Positions 57,261 to 64,000 of a DNA stretch of 64,000 nucleotides are shown here, piece after piece. The position numbers and the translations under genes were made by a program. Source of the DNA: Komarekiella atlantica HA4396-MV6. GTDB lineage: Bacteria > Cyanobacteriota > Cyanobacteriia > Cyanobacteriales > Nostocaceae. Where the stretch lies: assembly GCA_019359395.1 (NCBI GenBank), contig JAHHHK010000010.1:111894-175893 (forward strand), given 5' to 3'. Below the pieces are notes generated by a model. That model was not told the origin of the DNA and ran no database searches. It was given only the letters and a program-made list of their open reading frames with translations. The stretch's first letter is position 1; every line of letters starts with the position of its first letter.

Positions 57261-58610
57261 TTAGTTTGTATGACTTTCGGACATAGTTGCTACACCTTCG
57301 CGCAATATAGCTTTATGCAAAACATCGAGGTATTGTTTAGAAATAATTTTTGGTGTGAAATGCGATCGCAAATATTGACGACCCGCCTTACCCATCCGAT
57401 CCCCTAGTTGCCGATCATTACGGAGCAAGCGAATAAACTGAGCTAAACTATGACCATCTCCATTGTCAAATGTGCCTCCACAGTTAGCTTCTGCAATCAT
57501 TTCTCTTAAGTATGAATCTTGTGAACAAATTACTGCTATTGGTCGTCCTGATGCTAAAGCTGAGTACAGCTTGCTAGGAACGACCAGACTCTCTGTAGAT
57601 GCATCCACACTCACCAGTGATAGATCGCAAGCAGTTAAGGAATAGGGAAGCACTTGCTGATCTTGATACGGTAAAAACAAGAAGTTGCTCAATCCCAATA
57701 GCTTCACTTGCTCAATCAACTCGCTGCGTTTTGCTCCACCGCCAATGCAAACAAACTGAATTGGCTCATCTTGCAGATATTGAGCGGCTTCCAGGATAGT
57801 ATTGATGTCATGACAGCGACCCATATTACCGGAGTATAGTACGGTAAATTTTTTAACGAGGTTATACTTCCAAGCAAACCAGTTTTTATGCTTGGCAATT
57901 GGCATAATCCATTCTGGGTCTGCCCAACTATGAATCACAGATACTTTATCAGCTATTTGTGGACAATTTGCTACTACCTGTTGCTTCATACCAGGACTCA
58001 GAACTATGATCCCCTTGGCATTAAGCCAAATCTGCTTATTGAGTTTTTGCCAGAATCGCGTCATCCAATTATGTTTTGAGATTACCCCTAGGGCGATCGC
58101 AATATCTGGATATAGATCATAGAGTATACAGACATAGGGAAGTCGGAAAAAAATATAAGCTAGATAGCCGATGACTGGTAAAAATGGAGGAGCTGTAGTC
58201 AACAACAATAGATTATTGCGACGCCAGCCTCTAATTAGATAGAGTGCTGCACGCAAAGTATATAAGACACCGTTGACGGCTTTACCACGAATTCGTCCAG
58301 GCCAAAGTTGAGCTGTGCGCGATCGCTGAATTCGGACTCTACCCAAACGTTCAACAGACGGAGCATTAGCTGACTTAAACGCATACCCAGGTTGACTGGT
58401 AAAAACCTCAACATCTATTCCTTGTTGGTCTAAATGCCTCACTAGTTCTTCTACTAACTGTCCCGTAGCTGCATAGTCCGGGGGAAAAAACTGCGTGATT
58501 ACAGACAACTTCAAGGACTTCTGAGTCTTGAAAGAATGTTGATCCCTCGCTTCTAATTGAGTAGAAATGGATAAAAACAATTTTTGATTAATCCATTCAT
58601 TAAGTCTCAT
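57261..58610 (-). CDS. GT4 glycosyltransferase (WbuB/WcaI-like)
   Basis: TQFFPPDYAATG, TTAPPFL, YDLYPD, LYSGNMG, PSKLYSALASGRP. Confidence 0.92.
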   Translation of the reverse strand: MRLNEWINQKLFLSISTQLEARDQHSFKTQKSLKLSVITQFFPPDYAATGQLVEELVRHLDQQGIDVEVFTSQPGYAFKSANAPSVERLGRVRIQRSRTAQLWPGRIRGKAVNGVLYTLRAALYLIRGWRRNNLLLLTTAPPFLPVIGYLAYIFFRLPYVCILYDLYPDIAIALGVISKHNWMTRFWQKLNKQIWLNAKGIIVLSPGMKQQVVANCPQIADKVSVIHSWADPEWIMPIAKHKNWFAWKYNLVKKFTVLYSGNMGRCHDINTILEAAQYLQDEPIQFVCIGGGAKRSELIEQVKLLGLSNFLFLPYQDQQVLPYSLTACDLSLVSVDASTESLVVPSKLYSALASGRPIAVICSQDSYLREMIAEANCGGTFDNGDGHSLAQFIRLLRNDRQLGDRMGKAGRQYLRSHFTPKIISKQYLDVLHKAILREGVATMSESHTN

Positions 58611-58888
58611 CGGTTGTACCCTACAGTGTAAATCTTGCTTGAGGCGCTACTGAAGCCATTAATTCACATATCAAACCTACATAGTTTGATAACTATGTTT
58701 CAATTTGCTCCAGGTTGCTGTATTAATTAACAGGTGTAAAAAATATCTATGCATATACATACAAGTATGTCTTTGAGCTATGTGAATCAAATTACACGAT
58801 TAGCACAAAAAATATGCAATGAAAATAATTACACTCTACCCACGTTGCCAAGGAGGTAGGTTGAGCAAATTATTATTTACTAAATTTT

Positions 58889-59005
58889 CTATAGCAATCC
58901 AATTTGATTAATGAAATTACTTGCGTAGTGAGGACACAGGGAACACAAAAGAAGGGATATAGATGTGTACTGAGTTTTTTCAAAAATCAAACATGAGTTC
59001 TATAG
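58889..59005. mobile_element. MITE-like element of about 117 bp with imperfect terminal inverted repeats
   Basis: Left end CTATAGCAATCCAATTTGATT versus reverse complement of right end CTATAGAACTCATGTTTGATT (16 of 21 identical); non-coding interior. Confidence 0.55.
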
Positions 59006-60072
59006 CAAAAAACCGAATCCTAAATCAAAGAAAAATTTGAGTAGGAGAATTCTGTTTAATCTCAAAAAAATCTTTGCTAGGAATGCAATTTATTTTATAT
59101 TGTGCTCCTTATTTCTCTAAACTTTATAAAAGCAATCACCTACCGAATTATATATATACAGTAATTGCGGATTAAATTTTAATTTTGTTTTATTTATTTA
59201 CATCATTAGTCTCTGTTGAGTATTTTTGAATGAAAGTGAACAGAGAACAGCTTTCAAGGATAGGTATTTAGATTTCAGAAAAATAATTGGGAATATTCTC
59301 AATTATTGAACGTAGTTTTAAGTTTTTAGATAAGCATTGTAGTTCTAAAACTCAAAAAATAGACCTAATTTAAAAAAGCCTGCTCATGATAGACAGGGAA
59401 CACTAGATCACCCACGTTAACTTGAAAAGCGAAAGGTAGAAAGTAGGAAACAAGAGGAATACTGCATGCTTTCTGCCGTAATCACTTGCAGAAAAGGGTT
59501 GAAGTTTGACTCAAAATCAGAGATTCAGAGTTTTGCAATCAGTGTAGTACTGTTAGCAAAGTGGGCAAATAACACCCAAAAATTTACACTTATTGCAACC
59601 TTTTACTTTTTGCCTTCTGCCTTCTTCACCGTAGCAATCCTCTAGTCAGAGCGATTACCGGACAACGCTTCAATCTGTTCTCCAATACAAAGGTTCTTTT
59701 GCTCATAAATGAAAATTTATGTAAATAAGTTTCCCACGTCCTGGAAACTTTTCAAGAGGAAAGCAAGACTTGAAACTTTCACCTCCTTTGATAAATGCAA
59801 TTTTGACTCCAATGTTTGTTTCCAAACGACAATTACAGTTGCAGAAACTAGGTTTTTGATGTCATTAACAATTAATAAGCATTTACAAAGTTTTATAGAG
59901 CTTTGTGCTTTTAACTGCTTATTCTATTCGATATATTATTACAATACCATGTTTCCAATTTACTTGCGTACTTCATCATAAATTTATGTTTTAAAAAAAT
60001 TTTTGTATATAATCTTTATAAAAATATCATGCTCCTATTGATATATCTTACTTTAAAAAAAACCTTGTATTT

Positions 60073-60114
60073 GTATGAAAGATTACTGGTATTTAGACTA
60101 CACTGATTTATATT
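60073..60114 (+). promoter_or_regulatory. Candidate NtcA-activated promoter upstream of wzc
   Basis: GTA-TGAAAGAT-TAC (60073-60086), exactly 22 nt, then TATATT (TAN3T, 60109-60114). Confidence 0.4.
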
Positions 60115-60653
60115 TATGAAAATTGTCTCTTTGAATGCTATGCACTAAAGTAAATTTAAATGTCACACAGAATACTTTAGCAACATTTAATACTGAACTG
60201 TTACAGTTAATCGTTATATCCAATTATTTATATTTTTGACATATATAATGAGACTGAGAAAACTAATGTATTAATTTAGATAGTAGTGAACTATGATTTA
60301 TCTATAAATTCAGTAAATCAAAAAGTCTTTTCTGAATAGCGATGGCTACGCATACCGCAGGAATTACCAACAAATATCCACGTGTACTTAAGTATTAATT
60401 ATTACTGAGCATATAGAAATAGTTATTTCGTATATATATTAATCACTAGGAAAAACTAAACATCATAGGTTTATCAATACTTTGACATTGTTGTTGCCGT
60501 TTTCTGAAAAGCTTAAATCTAAACCGTTTGGAGTATGATGTATTAACTAAGCTTGGAGTTATTACATATTAAGTATTTGTTCAAACGATTATCTAAATCA
60601 TAGATAACTAAATTACTAAGTTTTAATACTAATTACTAAGTATCAATACAACG

Positions 60654-62816
60654 ATGGAAAATAATTCTTATCAATTTCCAGGTTATGACCGCAATAGTAA
60701 CTCTGTACCGACATCTCTCCAGCCACAACCTTTTGCGGGAACTGAAGATTCGAGAAATAGTTGGAGTTTTCGTGAATTTCTTGGTCTTGCAAGACGACGA
60801 ATGCTAGTAATTGCTGGGGTAACTACTGTTGTGATGGTAGCTTTTGTCGTTAATCTGAAATTGAACCAGAAGCAACCAGAATATGAAAGCAATTTTCAGC
60901 TATTAGTGGAACCCGTGAATGATGACAGCAAAGCAGTGGATGTTGTCAAAGATACTAACTCAACCACTAGCAGTGGTCTAGATTATGATAGCCAAATTCA
61001 GGTTCTCAAAAGTCCTGAACTAATGAATAGCCTTATTAAACAGTTGCAAGTATCCTATCCAGACATCAGTTATGATGAGCTAATTAATACTTTGCAGATT
61101 AATCGTTTAGGTGAAACCAAGATTATAGAAGTCAGGTATCGCAGCAACGATCCCAAGAAGATTAAAGTAGTTTTAGACAAAATTTCTGACGAATATATAG
61201 AATATAGCCAGGAAAGACGGCAAACTAAATTACGTCAGGGGATTAATTATGTTGAAAAACAACTGCCCTTTCTGCAAAATCGGGTTGATCAGATTCAAAG
61301 AGAATTACAAACTTTTCGGCTAAATTATAAATTTAACGACCCAGAAGCCGAGGCCAAACAGATTGATGAGCAAATTGCCATTTTGTCTGAGCAACGAGAA
61401 AAGGTTGATATGCAATTGGGGCAAACTCGCTCCAATGTCGATATTTTAAAGGGAAAAGACGGAGCTGCGGCTATACTGAACAATGCTTTGTTATATCAGC
61501 AGTTACTTACTCAGATTCGTCAGTTAGATTCTTTGATTGCTCAGGAGTCAACACGTCTGCAAGAAGACAATCCCACTATCCAAACATTGAAAGATAAACG
61601 TGCAAGCTTATTGCCCTTACTAGAGAATGAAGCACAGCGCTTTTTAGATGTAAAACTTTCTGAGACTGGTGCTCAAGTTCAGACTTTAGAAGTGCAAAGA
61701 CAAGAGATAGATAAAACTATACAAAAGCTTGAACAGAAACGTAAAAGATTGCCAGTACTAGCAAGACAATATAAAGCACTACAGCAAAAATTACAGCTCA
61801 CTACAGATAGCCTAAATCGGTTTCTATCTACCCGCGAAAACCTCCAAATTCAAGTATCTCAGACAGAATTAGGATGGCAGCTGCTTAAGAAGCCGATTCA
61901 ACCTGAAAAACCCATAGCTTCTTCTGACATCGGACGAAATTTACTAGTAGGATTGGTCACAAGTTTAATATTGGCAGTCGGTGTCGCCTTACTCATTGAA
62001 AAACTTGACAATACATACCATAGTGCCAATGATCTCAAGGACAAGCTGAAATTACCATTATTGGGAAATATTCCATTTGAAAGGCAACTCCAGATTAGTA
62101 AATCCTCTGCTTCCAAAGAAAATATTCCTCTAGTACGAATCTTAGATTTGCCACATGACAGTAATTTGGGATTGGCGACCATACAGGATCAAGACTACAG
62201 CAACCATTCTGTAAAATTTTTGGAAGCTTTACGGTTACTTTATACAAACATTCAACTTCTCAGTTGCGATCGCCAAATGCGTTCTATCATTATTAGTTCA
62301 GCTGTGTCTGGTGATGGCAAGTCTACTGTTGCCTTCCATCTAGCTCAAATAGCTACAGCAATGGGGCAAAGAGTGCTACTTATAGATGCAAATTTGCGTC
62401 ATCCTGTAATTCACACCCTTGCAGAGTTAAATAACTTATGGGGATTGAGTAATTTAATTTCTACAAATTTGTTACCAGGGGAAGTAATTCGGAAGTTTCC
62501 TTCTATGAGCCAATTATCTGTGATCACAGCTGGGCCCATACCCCCTGATCCCACAAAGTTGCTGTCGTCCGAAAAAATGAAGCGCCTGATGGCAGATTTT
62601 CATAATAACTTCGACTTAGTGATTTATGACACTCCCTCCCTACTGGAACTAGCTGATGCTAGTTTGTTAGCACCAAATACTGATGGGATTTTATTAGTAG
62701 TGAGAATTGATAAAACAGATTCTTCAAAAATACAACAAGCTTTAGATCACCTGAAAATTTCCCCGATGAATGTCTTAGGTATTGTTGGTAACGGACAAAA
62801 TAATTTTAATGATTAA
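60654..62816 (+). CDS. wzc: Wzc/GumC family polysaccharide co-polymerase with BY-kinase-like domain
   Basis: Two TM segments flanking a coiled-coil periplasmic region; LPLLGNIP; EALRLLYTNI; GDGKST; LIDANLRHP; VIYDTP; no C-terminal Tyr cluster. Confidence 0.88.
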   Translation: MENNSYQFPGYDRNSNSVPTSLQPQPFAGTEDSRNSWSFREFLGLARRRMLVIAGVTTVVMVAFVVNLKLNQKQPEYESNFQLLVEPVNDDSKAVDVVKDTNSTTSSGLDYDSQIQVLKSPELMNSLIKQLQVSYPDISYDELINTLQINRLGETKIIEVRYRSNDPKKIKVVLDKISDEYIEYSQERRQTKLRQGINYVEKQLPFLQNRVDQIQRELQTFRLNYKFNDPEAEAKQIDEQIAILSEQREKVDMQLGQTRSNVDILKGKDGAAAILNNALLYQQLLTQIRQLDSLIAQESTRLQEDNPTIQTLKDKRASLLPLLENEAQRFLDVKLSETGAQVQTLEVQRQEIDKTIQKLEQKRKRLPVLARQYKALQQKLQLTTDSLNRFLSTRENLQIQVSQTELGWQLLKKPIQPEKPIASSDIGRNLLVGLVTSLILAVGVALLIEKLDNTYHSANDLKDKLKLPLLGNIPFERQLQISKSSASKENIPLVRILDLPHDSNLGLATIQDQDYSNHSVKFLEALRLLYTNIQLLSCDRQMRSIIISSAVSGDGKSTVAFHLAQIATAMGQRVLLIDANLRHPVIHTLAELNNLWGLSNLISTNLLPGEVIRKFPSMSQLSVITAGPIPPDPTKLLSSEKMKRLMADFHNNFDLVIYDTPSLLELADASLLAPNTDGILLVVRIDKTDSSKIQQALDHLKISPMNVLGIVGNGQNNFND

Positions 62817-62874
62817 GAGCTTTCTAAAGCGGTTAGAAAACTTGAATTGCCTATTAGATCAAGCTTTTTGTTAA

Positions 62875-62946
62875 AGCGGGTGATGGGACTCGAACCCACG
62901 ACGTTCACCTTGGGAAGGTGACATTCTACCACTGAATTACACCCGC
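62875..62946 (-). tRNA. trnG: tRNA-Gly (anticodon CCC)
   Basis: GCGGGTG acceptor pairing with CACCCGC, anticodon arm TCACC-TTCCCAA-GGTGA, T-loop GGTTCGAGTCC, U73 discriminator; CCA not encoded. Confidence 0.96.
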
Positions 62947-63606
62947 AGATAGTTATTGGCTTTATTTAAACCAATAGTTATCATATCACTATTTGCGAAC
63001 TTACTGATTTAAGACAAAGCTTGATTGTGTTGACGATGGTAGCTGAAAAAACTCAATTAAGTACCGTGCTTTAATAAATGAGCTTATTGATACATTTACA
63101 CCATTAAACAAAATTTTATATACATTAATATTAAGTATATACCACGCCTTCATACAGGTTCGCAATAAAATACAAGTTATTTTTTATACTCAAACCGATA
63201 ATTTATTTATATAAATAATCTGGTCGCTTCGTCTACCCTTTATAAGTCACACAGCATGTGTATCTAGATCACCGTCAACCAGTGATTAAATATGAAAAAC
63301 TGATTAAGCTGATTAAGCTAATGTACATTTATGCAATTGGAGTAATACAGCAGTAATGTCTTTTGCTATACTAGCCTTTTATTTAACTTACTCACACCAC
63401 AATCCCTATTAAAGCTTTGCGCTACAAGGAAACAAGCCTATCATGCAATCTAAGTATACATAAAACTAGCGTCCACACCTATACCTGAGTTACAAATGAG
63501 CAATCTGTATTGTCTGAAACTCCAGCAAGGGCGATCCTAAGTTATGCAATTTTGAAATCAATCAATAAAATCAGTAAACAATTACTATCTACTTGAGTAA
63601 CCAGAT

Positions 63607-64000
63607 ATGTTCAATGCCACTGAAATTTTAATTGACGCCTTTGTAAATCAAATTCGTGAAGGTTATCGTCGCACCTATGGCTGCTTAAAAAACGAATATG
63701 AGGATATTATAGCTTGGGCTGGTAATATGGCTTTGGAAAACATTGCTAATAGTGACGCTCTCTATCATAATGTTGAACACACTGTATTAGTCACCCTTGT
63801 AGGTCAAGAAATTCTACGTGGCAAACACATCAGAGAAGGTGGTGTATCTAGTGAAGACTGGTTGCACTTTATCATTTCCTTAGTATGCCATGATATTGGC
63901 TATGTTAAGGGAGTTTGCCGACAAGACCGGGAGGCATCAGGCTTGTATGCCACAGGCAAAAATGGCAGAATGATTTCTCTGACTCCCGGCGCTTCTGATG
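63607..64000 (+). CDS. HD-domain metalloprotein (Npun_R2479-like), runs off the right edge
   Basis: Not in the track; hand translation MFNATEILIDAF...SDALYHNVEHT...LVCHDIGYVKG. Confidence 0.85.
   Translation, partial: MFNATEILIDAFVNQIREGYRRTYGCLKNEYEDIIAWAGNMALENIANSDALYHNVEHTVLVTLVGQEILRGKHIREGGVSSEDWLHFIISLVCHDIGYVKGVCRQDREASGLYATGKNGRMISLTPGASD

Larger units (their letters stand above)
1..64000. repeat. HIP1 octamer GCGATCGC, dispersed
   Basis: More than 40 copies counted by eye (e.g. 43743, 43769), consistent with a HIP1-rich cyanobacterial genome. Confidence 0.9.

Noticed and set aside
59436-59458. Partial match (AGTAGGAAA) to the STAND operator motif in the EPS control region
   Set aside because: Single copy and only 9 nt contiguous; not distinguishable from chance.
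59709-59981. 90-aa ORF in the 2-kb EPS control region
   Set aside because: No SD, AT-driven composition and no motif; cannot be supported.
58611-60653. ops/JUMPstart element (GGCGGTAG) for RfaH-type antitermination
   Set aside because: Looked for by eye on both strands and not found.
370-61900. Many 60-140 aa track ORFs antisense to or nested in long genes (e.g. 370-555, 1836-2634, 45567-46080, 53371-53724)
   Set aside because: They are shadows of well-supported genes, with no motifs or SD sites.

Overview
This is a chromosomal window from a filamentous cyanobacterium, probably Nostocales, judging by more than 40 HIP1 GCGATCGC octamers (counted by eye), Nostoc-type short dispersed repeats and gene content. 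The left end (1-4283) is a small glycan export cluster: a partial wzt, wzm, a GT2 and a WcaL-like GT4. The stretch from 5.1 to 23.6 kb mixes housekeeping and accessory genes. It holds a probable cruP with two tandem Yip1-like membrane paralogues, a Uma2 nuclease, and an HTH-STAND-TPR protein preceded by a triple repeat that may be an operator. It also holds small membrane proteins, a fasciclin, a T1SS-type beta-helix surface protein, murF, a TerB-like protein, a GNAT, an HDAC-family deacetylase and a divergent hybrid kinase / NarL pair. The dominant feature is a ~35 kb co-oriented run of 30 genes on the minus strand (23672-58610) for surface-polysaccharide synthesis. It encodes about 13 glycosyltransferase-like proteins, a second Wzm/Wzt pair, a Wzy/ligase-like membrane protein, two methyltransferases and a PhyH-like dioxygenase. 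It also carries a six-gene pathway with two amination/acylation modules. Embedded in the run is a 1006-aa (DUF4082-Ig)x2 + dimethylformamidase-like protein coupled to a Tat-exported protein. A divergent Wzc/GumC lacking a tyrosine cluster, a tRNA-Gly(CCC) and a partial HD-domain gene close the window. The best candidate for an undescribed system is the amino-sugar pathway together with the putative glycan-tethered Fe-amidase. All family calls come from motif recognition by eye; no database searches were run.
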